DNA from: a virus
Taxonomy: Duplodnaviria > Caudoviricetes
Length of the DNA stretch: 36,326 bases
Strand: one strand, 5' to 3'
IMG/VR virus record: IMGVR_UViG_3300030372_000758
Coordinates: 1 to 36,326 of that record
Below the pieces are notes generated by a model. It made no database searches. It was not told where the DNA came from and saw nothing but the letters and a program-made list of their open reading frames with translations. The first letter of the stretch is position 1. Every line of letters starts with the position of its first letter. Positions 9,099-18,376 of this stretch are shown piece after piece. Both the position numbers and the translations under genes were made by a program.

Positions 9099-11317
9099 TA
9101 TAAACCTGGTACTTCTTCTGGTTCCATATCGTCATAATCAAATGGAATATTTGTAATAGGTAATAATGTGTTTACATCGGTAAAACTAATTTCTATTCTA
9201 TTGCCATTAGCGTCTGATATTGGGATCATCATACCATTTTCTCTTGGTACATATAATAACAAACCATCTCCCTTTTCGTTAAGATACCAATTACCATTAT
9301 TTTTAATATCAGAAACCATTAACTCTTGTATTTGCTGTTTTGATAAATTTTCAAATTTACTATCTATTCCACCTACAACAAATTCTCTATCCTCATTTAA
9401 AATTTCTTGGTCGATTGAACCATAATGGGATAAATCTATTTGATTAAGGTAATCTGTTTGTTTAATAGTATCTAAAATAAATTCTGCTTTCTTTTCTATG
9501 TGAGTTTGATTTACAGCTGTACCATTAACATCTTTTGGTATCCAAAAAGTTTCATGGTATTTATAATCGGTTGAATGAGCCTCAATAATTTTATCTACAG
9601 CTTTGTCTACTGTTAAATTTTCATTAAACATTTTATAAAGAACTGCTTGATATAAAGCATCTGTAACCATGTTAATATGATTTGCTTGATCTAATTCTCC
9701 AGCGGGTTGATTATTAACAACTGTTGCATAACCATTGTCGTTTAATTCTTTGCTAATTCCTTTTTTAATATCTGATAAATCAGATGACTTTAACATTGTA
9801 GAATTTTTAATATTTGTTTCTAAAGTTTTAACATCAAAACCATTAGCAATAGAAAGTTGAAGATCTCTATTATTGGTACTTAAAATTAAAGTTGCACCAC
9901 CAGGTAAGTTGGCATCTTGTAATTGATTATAAATATCTGGCATCTTATCGCCATACTTGTCGCTTAAACCATATAAGTAACCAATTTTTTTATTAACATC
10001 TACTTCATCATTAAAGGCTGTAACAATATTATTAGCTTCTGCCTCGCTAATATATTTTCTTAAAGCAATAGGTACATTTTTTTCTTCATAAATTTGATCT
10101 AATAAACTTGATCTTTCAGAAATAAGAGTTTGTACTCTTTCAAAATTATTTGTGCTTTCAGCTAAATTAATTTCTTTTTCAAGAACTTTTAAATCTTCAT
10201 TATTTGCTATATAATATCCAGCCGCATCTTTTTGGATTAAAGCCATTTTCTCATAAGCTATTTGTTCTAAATGCTTTTTAGCCTTTTCTTTAAAAGCTAA
10301 ATGATCTCCAGTAACTTCTATATTCTGTATAAGATTTAATTCTTGACCGTATTCTGAATTTTTAATGACTAAACTATTATCCCTAACTATGTCGCTAATA
10401 GTTAAAAATTCAAACATTTCAGCATACTCTTTGCTGTCTTTCCAAGGTTTAAGTAATTTTTCTTTTGTATAATTAGATGCTTCGCCAATCTTTGCACTTT
10501 CAAAATATTTTTTCATTTCTCGGCTTGACAAAGCCTGTGCAGCATTTTTAGCTGAATTAACTAACTGCATTCTTTTATCGGCTGATAAATTTGTATAATT
10601 AGTAAAACCATCTTTATCTTTTGCTAATATTTTATCGTAAGTGTCGATTGCATCGTTTTCTAAATCATTACTAAATTTTAATATATCTACACCTTCCCAA
10701 GTTTGAAATTCAACTTGTTTAGCTGTAGCTCCAAATAACTCTTTAAATTCTGTGGATTCAAATTTTTTTTTTAAATTTAAAATAGCGGCTATTTTTTCTA
10801 TTGAACCATCTGGAGATGTAGCCGCTTTAAATATATCTGGTTCCATTGATTTTAATTCAACAGTTCTAGTTTCTGTAATAAAATTAAGATAAGAATTTTT
10901 CTTAACAGTATTCATGTCTGATATTTTTGCTAATGTTAATTTTTCATTAAAAAATTTTTTACCAAAAATACCCTCAACATTATTTTCTAAAAAACTTTTA
11001 ACTTTTTCATATTCAGTTTCATAATATGCTGCAGCTTTATCTGGGTCTGTCATTAAACCAGCTTTTACTTTAGCTTTATTTAATCCTTCAAAATTTTCAT
11101 TACCATTAACTGCAACATCGTATGCTTTTAAAGCTGAATTTTTTGATTTTCTTTCCTCGTATTTAACATAAAGTTTTTCTCCACTTGCAAGCATATTACC
11201 CATTGCTCTACCTGGAGCGGCAGCGGTATCTAAACCTATTCTCATTGCTCTTGTAGATTTAACATCTCCAACTTCAGTTGTTGGTGCTACTTGTGTATTA
11301 TAAATTTTAATTGCCAT
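9098..11317 (-). CDS. Internal virion protein
   Basis: 739 aa helical protein in the T7 gp15-like position. Confidence 0.6.
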   Translation of the reverse strand: MAIKIYNTQVAPTTEVGDVKSTRAMRIGLDTAAAPGRAMGNMLASGEKLYVKYEERKSKNSALKAYDVAVNGNENFEGLNKAKVKAGLMTDPDKAAAYYETEYEKVKSFLENNVEGIFGKKFFNEKLTLAKISDMNTVKKNSYLNFITETRTVELKSMEPDIFKAATSPDGSIEKIAAILNLKKKFESTEFKELFGATAKQVEFQTWEGVDILKFSNDLENDAIDTYDKILAKDKDGFTNYTNLSADKRMQLVNSAKNAAQALSSREMKKYFESAKIGEASNYTKEKLLKPWKDSKEYAEMFEFLTISDIVRDNSLVIKNSEYGQELNLIQNIEVTGDHLAFKEKAKKHLEQIAYEKMALIQKDAAGYYIANNEDLKVLEKEINLAESTNNFERVQTLISERSSLLDQIYEEKNVPIALRKYISEAEANNIVTAFNDEVDVNKKIGYLYGLSDKYGDKMPDIYNQLQDANLPGGATLILSTNNRDLQLSIANGFDVKTLETNIKNSTMLKSSDLSDIKKGISKELNDNGYATVVNNQPAGELDQANHINMVTDALYQAVLYKMFNENLTVDKAVDKIIEAHSTDYKYHETFWIPKDVNGTAVNQTHIEKKAEFILDTIKQTDYLNQIDLSHYGSIDQEILNEDREFVVGGIDSKFENLSKQQIQELMVSDIKNNGNWYLNEKGDGLLLYVPRENGMMIPISDANGNRIEISFTDVNTLLPITNIPFDYDDMEPEEVPGL

Positions 11318-11757
11318 TATACAAACATTGCTCCTGTATTTAATAAACTTTGTCCAGCTTGAAAATAAGATACTTTTTTAGCAACTTTTCCTCTGTATTT
11401 TTCTATAGCTGCTTCCGCTCTTAAATTAATTGCTTCGTTTTCTTGTTGTTGTTTTGCTATTGTTGCATTGTATTCCATCATGTCTCTGTCTGTTTCAAGA
11501 TTGTATTCATTTTCAAATAAAACTTCTAAAACAGTTCCAGAGCTGTCAACACCAGACGTTGCGTAGTTAGTAATTATTTCGCCAATTAATTTATCTGCGT
11601 TGTCGTTAAATCTTGGTAAGTCATAATTAGTATAAACAGCAAAACCAGCTTTAGCCTCTTGCTCTGCAATTAAAGCATCTCTTTTAAGTAAACTAGCATT
11701 AAACTTACTAGCTCTATCTGCTGCTTTACCACCTATTACATCTCCAAAAAAACTCAT
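11317..11757 (-). CDS. Small internal virion protein (T7 gp14-like position)
   Basis: 146 aa, Ala-rich, YATSGVDSSGT motif; synteny. Confidence 0.65.
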   Translation of the reverse strand: MSFFGDVIGGKAADRASKFNASLLKRDALIAEQEAKAGFAVYTNYDLPRFNDNADKLIGEIITNYATSGVDSSGTVLEVLFENEYNLETDRDMMEYNATIAKQQQENEAINLRAEAAIEKYRGKVAKKVSYFQAGQSLLNTGAMFV

Positions 11758-12206
11758 TTTATAATCCTCGCAAATCTATAAAAGTCTGATCCATCTGGAC
11801 CATAACCCTTCATTAAACCTTCTTCTTTCAATCCTAAAAATTTTGCAAACTTTAATGCAACTAAACAATCGGCTTTAACTGATGTTTGTAATCTTCTAAT
11901 AAAATTATTTTTTAACATCATGTCAGTTCTTTGCTTAATAACCTTTGCAAATGTTATTGGATAGTTATTTATTTCTTTTGTAGCCAAGACCCACCCCTCG
12001 GCACAGCCATCCCAGAGGGGAAAGATCCCTCCAGCCGCTATAGGTTTGTTATTCAATAACCCTGTAAACGACATTCCAACTTCTTTTAGATAATAAGCAT
12101 ATTTTCTATGCTCTGGTTTCATTTCTAATAATTCACTATTTAAACCTTGATCTAAAATATAATGTGCGTGTTCGTTTTCAAAAGGTACAAATTTTATATT
12201 AGACAC
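11754..12206 (-). CDS. GNAT-fold virion assembly protein (T7 gp13-like position)
   Basis: ALKFAKFLGLKEEG GNAT-like motif; probable GTG start at 12206 with GGAG upstream, rather than 12236. Confidence 0.7.
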   Translation of the reverse strand: MSNIKFVPFENEHAHYILDQGLNSELLEMKPEHRKYAYYLKEVGMSFTGLLNNKPIAAGGIFPLWDGCAEGWVLATKEINNYPITFAKVIKQRTDMMLKNNFIRRLQTSVKADCLVALKFAKFLGLKEEGLMKGYGPDGSDFYRFARIIK

Positions 12207-14964
12207 TCTCTGTCTCCAATCTTGGATAAATACCAAGGATAGTCATTGGTAGAGCCTGTGGTTGTTGAACATAAACTAAACCTTCCGTGCCATAGCCTGT
12301 GTCAAATTCAACAGATTTATCTCCTGTAAATAATGGAATAGGTAAATCCATTGGAGATCCACTAGCTCTAAAATCTATTGATGTTAAGTTTGCTGCGTTG
12401 GGTCCAACTTTAGCTCCAACGGTATCTTGAAACCTAACAGATAAATCATAAATTCTTTTTGTTTTAGTTTGAGTTGTTTCTGTATAACCTTCATCTAATC
12501 TCATTGTTTGTAAATCAGATGTATACAGTAAACCAACTTTAGCTTGTTCAGTTGCGTTATCTATTGTTATACTGCCGCTTGAAACTGTTTTATTAGTTTG
12601 TGCAGCACCTTCGCCAATAACATCTACAACTTCTCCTTCTAAATGATCTAATCCAGTAAGAGTAGTCGTTTCATCGCCAACATAACTTAATCCACTATCT
12701 AAATAATGAAATGCAGTAACATCTCTATTAAAATCAAATGGAGTAAAATATTCAACGTGCCTTCTTACAGCTCCATTAACCCATCTTTGAACTATAACCC
12801 AAACTTGATCTTCGTCTGCATCGCCATCAATGACAGCAACACTTTCCACTTTAGCATGAGTTAAAATATTATCAGTTTGCTCTGATGTATGTGCTGAAGT
12901 TAAACTAACAACAGTAGATAAAGTTTTATCTGAATAAAGTTTAAATTGGTTGTTATCAATTTTTTCAATATAATATTTTGTATTTTCAGATAAACCACCA
13001 ATAGCTGTTCCAGTATTATCGTAATAAAAAATATCACCAGTAACAAAACCATGAGAGACTGAATAAATAAAATTAGAAGAAATATTAACACCTTGATAAA
13101 TGTATTGAGTTGTGTCTGAACTCGGAGCTGAAGTAAAAGATATAGCCGTTCCAGCGGTAGCATTCGATGCTGTTGTGGCTAATTTAATGGTATTGCTATC
13201 GGTTGCAATAGCATAATATAATGTTGAATTATTTAAACCACCAATCGCATTAGAGCCAGCATAATAATAAACCGGATCAGCTGTTGATAAACCGTGTGAT
13301 GATAAAGTTATAGTGTTGTTGGTTGTATTAACAACAGTTGTATTTGAAGTAAAAGAAATTGATTGTTGAATAATATTTTTTGTAGTGTCAGACTTACCGC
13401 CTATAATATGTCTATGCCAAGCTACAACACTTTCTAATCTATTATAAGTCAAGCCAGCTAATATTCCGTCAGTTCTTGCTCCCCAAACTATTGAGTATGG
13501 TTCTTGTTGGTAATCCATTTGGGTAATACCACTATCAGTTATATGTTCTGCAAGAATAGTTAAATCTGGAGCTACATAACCATCTGTATCAAAGTTATAA
13601 GCAAGTTCTCTCATTTTTCTTTTTGCTCTTTGTAAAAAGATAGTTGCGTTTCCAATAGATAAAGCATCCACTCCAGCTGAACCATAATTAGATTGTTTAA
13701 CGATTGAAATATTTGTTGGTGTAATTGCAGATGCGGTTCCAGCGGATACAGCATATTCCCCACCCGTTGTCATTACAATTAAAGTTCTTGTTGCCTTCAT
13801 AGCTTTAATTGCATTAACCTGGTTAGATGCAATGGTATAAATCATAGCATCGTCAGCATCAGTTCCAGCTGTCATATTCTCATAGTCTCCAGACTTTGAG
13901 AAAAACATAGTTTGTGGTTGATCGGATGTTCCAGCAAAAACTAATCTTTGTTCAAAGAAAGTAACTACCGATGGATGACCCGTGGTATCTGAAAAAGAAC
14001 CAAGTTGAAAAGCTGCTGTCGCATCGGTATTAGTAAACGCTTTAGTAATTGTGCAGACTACAACTGTGGTATTTGTTCTTGCTGTAATTACTGCCTCGCC
14101 ACTATTAAATTTTAAAATTCTTCCAACATCTGTTGTTTGCCAACCATTACCACCATTTATTCCTGTAGTTGAGCTAGCAGTTATATTAACACCCGTTCCA
14201 GTTCCAGAGGATGCTGGAGTTAAAGTTGTCGCTGTAGTATTAGCATCCATGTAGGGTCCAGTTTCGCCAAAGTCTACTTCTGAAAGTGTCCAAGAGGTAT
14301 GACCCGTTCTTGATAGTTTAGATGCTTCGTGTGATGGATGAGTAACATACATAACGTCAGCAGACTGTGCAAATTTTAAATCAAATAGTTGTGCTGTCGT
14401 ATAGTTAGTTGTAATTTGATAAATTCTATTGGCTACACCAGCGGATGAATAAGCAGTATAACCAGAAGAGTTTATATCGTTACCATCAACATCTTGTAAT
14501 TCAAAAGTATTAGTAGTTTTATCTGCTACTTTAAAAGTTTTACCATTTACTTCTGTCATTCCTACAACAGATGAAATAGTTATAAAATCTCCATTATTAT
14601 AACCATGTGAGCTAGATGTAACTACAGCTGGATTAGCAGCAGTAATTGCTGTAATAGTTTTATTAGCCTCTACAATTTGACCGTCATCTTTAAAGAAACG
14701 AATATATTGATTGCCAAATTCTAAAATGTAAGTTTGTTCAGTTGAAAATGTAAAAGGAATAAGTCTTGTTTTATTTGCAGATGTTTTTATTTCAGATACA
14801 AAATAAGTTCCTGGTCGTCTTGTTATTGGTCCATGTGGCATAACCACAAAGTTTTCAATATTAGTTGCACCATTAAAGTATTTTGCAAAATCTGTTCTTC
14901 CCTCCATAGAAGAGGAAAGCTCCCCAGCGGTAAAGCTAGGGATACTTAAAAGTTGTTTTCCCAT
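12199..14964 (-). CDS. Tail tubular protein B / nozzle (T7 gp12-like) with inserted beta domains
   Basis: SFTAGELS, NFVVMPHGPITRRPGT, FAQSADVM, FFEQRLVFAG, VAWHRH motifs. Confidence 0.9.
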   Translation of the reverse strand: MGKQLLSIPSFTAGELSSSMEGRTDFAKYFNGATNIENFVVMPHGPITRRPGTYFVSEIKTSANKTRLIPFTFSTEQTYILEFGNQYIRFFKDDGQIVEANKTITAITAANPAVVTSSSHGYNNGDFITISSVVGMTEVNGKTFKVADKTTNTFELQDVDGNDINSSGYTAYSSAGVANRIYQITTNYTTAQLFDLKFAQSADVMYVTHPSHEASKLSRTGHTSWTLSEVDFGETGPYMDANTTATTLTPASSGTGTGVNITASSTTGINGGNGWQTTDVGRILKFNSGEAVITARTNTTVVVCTITKAFTNTDATAAFQLGSFSDTTGHPSVVTFFEQRLVFAGTSDQPQTMFFSKSGDYENMTAGTDADDAMIYTIASNQVNAIKAMKATRTLIVMTTGGEYAVSAGTASAITPTNISIVKQSNYGSAGVDALSIGNATIFLQRAKRKMRELAYNFDTDGYVAPDLTILAEHITDSGITQMDYQQEPYSIVWGARTDGILAGLTYNRLESVVAWHRHIIGGKSDTTKNIIQQSISFTSNTTVVNTTNNTITLSSHGLSTADPVYYYAGSNAIGGLNNSTLYYAIATDSNTIKLATTASNATAGTAISFTSAPSSDTTQYIYQGVNISSNFIYSVSHGFVTGDIFYYDNTGTAIGGLSENTKYYIEKIDNNQFKLYSDKTLSTVVSLTSAHTSEQTDNILTHAKVESVAVIDGDADEDQVWVIVQRWVNGAVRRHVEYFTPFDFNRDVTAFHYLDSGLSYVGDETTTLTGLDHLEGEVVDVIGEGAAQTNKTVSSGSITIDNATEQAKVGLLYTSDLQTMRLDEGYTETTQTKTKRIYDLSVRFQDTVGAKVGPNAANLTSIDFRASGSPMDLPIPLFTGDKSVEFDTGYGTEGLVYVQQPQALPMTILGIYPRLETESV

Positions 14965-14966
14965 AT

Positions 14967-15548
14967 TTAATATCTACTGTTTAAAAAATCTTCAGTTATG
15001 ATTTGATCTGTTGGAGCTAATTCTGGGTTAGTGTTATAACCTTCAGAACTATCTGCGTGTCTTGCCTCTGATAATTTAGCTTGATATTTTTCTGCCATTA
15101 AATTTGCAACTTGTAGATTGGCAGTTATAGCATAAGCAATATCTTGCGCTAAATGTGCAGAGATAGTTTCTCTTAATAAAACATCTAATTCATTAACATC
15201 TGTTATTTGTGCTAAATAAATTAAATATACTTCACTTTCACTAATTAATAATTTTCTGCCTTCAATTTTGTAATCTGAATTGTAATCTTTAATTCCTAAA
15301 ATTCTTAAACAATCTGCGGGTAAAGTATATTGATAATCAAAACCCCAAGCTGGAGTATCGCTATCTTGTGCTAATTGAACTCTTTTAATTAAACAATTCC
15401 AAGGATGCGCTCTAAATACTGCATCTCTAATTGTTGTATATCTTTCATTACATAATCTAGCATTTTTACTATCATCTGTAAGAGCTGTTATAGAACTTGC
15501 GCCTAATTGATTTAATGCTGAATTACAAATTTGAACTACTGATGCCAT
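14967..15548 (-). CDS. Tail tubular protein A (T7 gp11-like)
   Basis: VQICNSALNQLG...HPWNC...YQYTLPADCLR. Confidence 0.9.
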   Translation of the reverse strand: MASVVQICNSALNQLGASSITALTDDSKNARLCNERYTTIRDAVFRAHPWNCLIKRVQLAQDSDTPAWGFDYQYTLPADCLRILGIKDYNSDYKIEGRKLLISESEVYLIYLAQITDVNELDVLLRETISAHLAQDIAYAITANLQVANLMAEKYQAKLSEARHADSSEGYNTNPELAPTDQIITEDFLNSRY

Positions 15549-15549
15549 G

Positions 15550-15756
15550 TTAATCCTTTTTAATTATATATTTTCTTCTTAATGTTCTTGGTTTTACCAA
15601 AGCAAATATTTCAGCTTCAGTTAATTCTTCTTTAGTATCAAAACCATAATGATACTTGCTATCGTTTTTAAATCTGTCTACCAAAACATATCGGTAAATA
15701 TGATTTCCACTTTTAAAGTGTAAGACAAGTTTTGGTTTATCTATTTTTTTTGTCAT
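15550..15756 (-). CDS. Small basic hypothetical protein (paralog of 35748..36041)
   Basis: 68 aa; LHF...NHIYRYVLVDRF motif. Confidence 0.7.
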   Translation of the reverse strand: MTKKIDKPKLVLHFKSGNHIYRYVLVDRFKNDSKYHYGFDTKEELTEAEIFALVKPRTLRRKYIIKKD

Positions 15757-15762
15757 GCATCC

Positions 15763-15794
15763 TAGGCGGGATCCACTCTCGCTTCCCCCGCCTA
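15763..15794 (-). other. GC-rich hairpin with GAGA tetraloop and purine-rich internal loop
   Basis: TAGGCGGG/CCCGCCTA stem enclosing GGAAGC-GAGA-GTGGAT; no U-tract in the transcribed direction. Confidence 0.65.
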
Positions 15795-15807
15795 AAATTC
15801 TTTTTTA

Positions 15808-16287
15808 CTAGTTACAAACGTAGTTAATGCAGAACGACATATCGCCTTCAGTTCCACCCGCAGCAGCCATAGTAGCCGCTATGTAGTAGTAACCTCCAGG
15901 ATCTGAACTCGCTCCAGCCATTTCCCACATTGCTTTACCAGCAGTATTGATGTCAGCAGCTTCGTGTCTTACATCTGCGATTGCAGCAGCATCAGCTACA
16001 GCACTTGCAAAGTAATCTTCGTCTACTACTGTTCCATCACTTTGATAAATTCCAACATTGAAAGTACATGAACCTCCAAGTGTATCTGATCCGATCCAAA
16101 TTTGTGGAACGACAGCATTACTTGGTATTGGTGCAAGCATAACAATATCGTTATCGTCACTATCACCAGCTGCTACAACTATAGTACCTTGTGCAACACG
16201 AAGAACTCCGTGTAAAAGGCTGCTATCTGTAAGAACTGGAGGAGTAGCTTCAAAATTTGCTACTAAATCACTATTTTTAGTTCCCAT
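15808..16287 (-). CDS. Capsid decoration/cement protein
   Basis: 159 aa, Ala/Gly/Asp-rich, immediately downstream of the major capsid gene. Confidence 0.6.
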   Translation of the reverse strand: MGTKNSDLVANFEATPPVLTDSSLLHGVLRVAQGTIVVAAGDSDDNDIVMLAPIPSNAVVPQIWIGSDTLGGSCTFNVGIYQSDGTVVDEDYFASAVADAAAIADVRHEAADINTAGKAMWEMAGASSDPGGYYYIAATMAAAGGTEGDMSFCINYVCN

Positions 16288-16305
16288 AATTTATTCTCCT
16301 ATTGA

Positions 16306-17181
16306 TTATGCTTCATGACAAGGAATTTGAACAACTTTTTCTTCTTCCATACGAGTTGCGCCCAAACTCATCGCATAATAAACTTGCGTTGAGTAAGATT
16401 TGTCAGCTCTTTCAGAAATTTTTGCAGAAATATCCTTACCGATACCTAACTTAATAGCATCTTCAGTATATGCAAAAACTAATCTGTCAGTAGTGTTAGT
16501 TGCATCCTTGTTCAATCTTGTTGACATTATAAACTCAAAACCTAAATAAGAATTTATACTACCTTCAGCAAGAGCTTTAACTGTGTTATAGTCAGAGCTA
16601 GTTACTTGTGTAGTTCCTAATAGATCCGAGATCTGTTGTGGTCCACAAACGACATATCTCTTCAATGAAGGGTCAACATCGTTGTTATCTAGGATTTTCT
16701 TCGCAGACAAAAGTTTAGCAATCGTCAAACCATCTGATTGGTCTGAAGTTGCAGTCTTTTGAGTTGAAGGTAAAGCCGTAGATGTACCACCAGCAACACC
16801 AGTATTCGCAGATGCGTTGAACGCTGTTATAATAACATCATCCATTGCTCTGTTCATAGCTGCCGCAGCTGCTCTTGCGTATGAACTTGTCGGGTCTACA
16901 AGCATTCTAACCTTGTCAACATCGTCAACAAGATCAGCCCATTCGTAGTCAGCCAAGCTCAATCTTCTTCTGCTGTGAGGCGTGTCTATTTGAGGTGTGT
17001 CGCCATGTCTGCTCGTTCTTAATTGAGCAGCAGTAACTCCGACTTGATCGAAGAATGCGTTTTTACCTCTAACAGTTTCCACATCAACAGAACCTCTTAA
17101 TTTACTTCCCATTTGTTGAGAAAGCATAGCAACATTAGAGCTATACTGTTCAACGAAAGAAGTAGTTATTTGTGAACTCAT
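16306..17181 (-). CDS. Major capsid protein
   Basis: FVEQYSSNV..LSQQMGSKLR, DTPHSRR, AAAMNRAMDD, GATRMEE; strong RBS AAGGAG; follows the scaffold gene. Confidence 0.92.
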   Translation of the reverse strand: MSSQITTSFVEQYSSNVAMLSQQMGSKLRGSVDVETVRGKNAFFDQVGVTAAQLRTSRHGDTPQIDTPHSRRRLSLADYEWADLVDDVDKVRMLVDPTSSYARAAAAAMNRAMDDVIITAFNASANTGVAGGTSTALPSTQKTATSDQSDGLTIAKLLSAKKILDNNDVDPSLKRYVVCGPQQISDLLGTTQVTSSDYNTVKALAEGSINSYLGFEFIMSTRLNKDATNTTDRLVFAYTEDAIKLGIGKDISAKISERADKSYSTQVYYAMSLGATRMEEEKVVQIPCHEA

Positions 17182-17214
17182 AATAAGTTCTCCTTTGTTG
17201 GTTATTGTTAATGT

Positions 17215-17310
17215 TAAGCGGCTGATTATCCTTGCGGGTCGAAACCTCGATTTCAGTTCTCCTGGAACCTATACTTTCATAGTGTCAACTAGGGTCTTTC
17301 GATTATCCCA
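17215..17310 (-). ncRNA. Candidate structured leader RNA of the major capsid gene
   Basis: Several small hairpins with GNRA loops; the same GG-AUAA-UC/GA-C-CC internal loop occurs twice. Confidence 0.55.
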
Positions 17311-17321
17311 ATATATTTCGG

Positions 17322-18161
17322 CTATACTTGATTTTTTTGTTCTCGTAAAGCCAAAACTTCTTTAACAGCTAGTTCATGGTTAGGATGTCTTTTATCCCAA
17401 TAAGCTGAACCTTGTTGTGTTAATTCTCCAATTTGTTTTTCTAATTGCGCTGGTGTTTGATAAGCTGGTCCAGATGCTTGCGTTATAGTATCTTCTCCCA
17501 TCTTATCTGCTAAATTTGCAAATGCTTTAATAAAACTTGGATGGTCGCCAATTTTAGTTCCGTCTGCTAAATTTGAATTTAAAAAATCAGCATCTAAAAC
17601 TTGTTTAGCAACAGTTGCCGCTTTATTAATTTGCTGGTCGTATGCTTGACCCCACTCTTTTTTAAGAGATGTTTCGCTTTGCTCTCTAGCACCCATAGCT
17701 GCTGTGTCTGCGTCTTGTTGTTGTTGAGCTGCCATATCATTATAAAACTTAACTATACCACTTGCTTGATTAGGTAATAATCCTAACTTATGCGCTTGGT
17801 CTGAAAAATTTTTTAAAGCATCTTCATTAATTTTAGCATCTTCTCCTAGATCATATTTATATCCAGTTGCATCCTTTGGTCTACCTAGTTTTTCATAAAC
17901 TGCATCCCAATCTTTTTCTGTTGCAAATTTATTAGGTACAGGAATTTTATCTGAACCTACTAGCTTTTGTGCGTGGACATAACTTTTTGCTAGGCTTTCA
18001 ATATCTTTAATATTTTCTAAAGATTTATCTGCTCTTATTTCATCGGAAAGACTTGCTTTCCAATCTGTACTTGTTGGAGTTTCTGTTTTAGGATCTCCAG
18101 ATAACACAGAATTTTCAGTTTGAACTTCTGGTGTTACTACCTCTTGATTTTCGCTTGACAT
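17322..18161 (-). CDS. Capsid assembly scaffolding protein
   Basis: Acidic N-terminus, LAKSYVHAQKLVG, YEKLGRP, LKKEWG; between portal and capsid. Confidence 0.85.
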   Translation of the reverse strand: MSSENQEVVTPEVQTENSVLSGDPKTETPTSTDWKASLSDEIRADKSLENIKDIESLAKSYVHAQKLVGSDKIPVPNKFATEKDWDAVYEKLGRPKDATGYKYDLGEDAKINEDALKNFSDQAHKLGLLPNQASGIVKFYNDMAAQQQQDADTAAMGAREQSETSLKKEWGQAYDQQINKAATVAKQVLDADFLNSNLADGTKIGDHPSFIKAFANLADKMGEDTITQASGPAYQTPAQLEKQIGELTQQGSAYWDKRHPNHELAVKEVLALREQKNQV

Positions 18162-18163
18162 AT

Positions 18164-18376
18164 TTATTCTCCTTTTTTGTTAAGCATATTTTTAATGAAC
18201 AAGACTACTGCTCTTGAACCTTCTAAAAATGCGCTTTCGTGGCTGTCTCCTTTAACGTGAGTAGTTGCATGAAAGCTGCATCTTTTTTCCAAATCAGAAA
18301 GCACTCGTTCTCCAGCTTCCGATTTAAAAACTGTTTTATAATCAATGTTTAATTGTTTAAGTTCTTTTTGATCCAT
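18164..18376 (-). CDS. Bbp19-like small protein
   Basis: YKTVFKSEAGERVLSDL...AFLEGSRAVV, directly after the portal gene. Confidence 0.75.
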   Translation of the reverse strand: MDQKELKQLNIDYKTVFKSEAGERVLSDLEKRCSFHATTHVKGDSHESAFLEGSRAVVLFIKNMLNKKGE

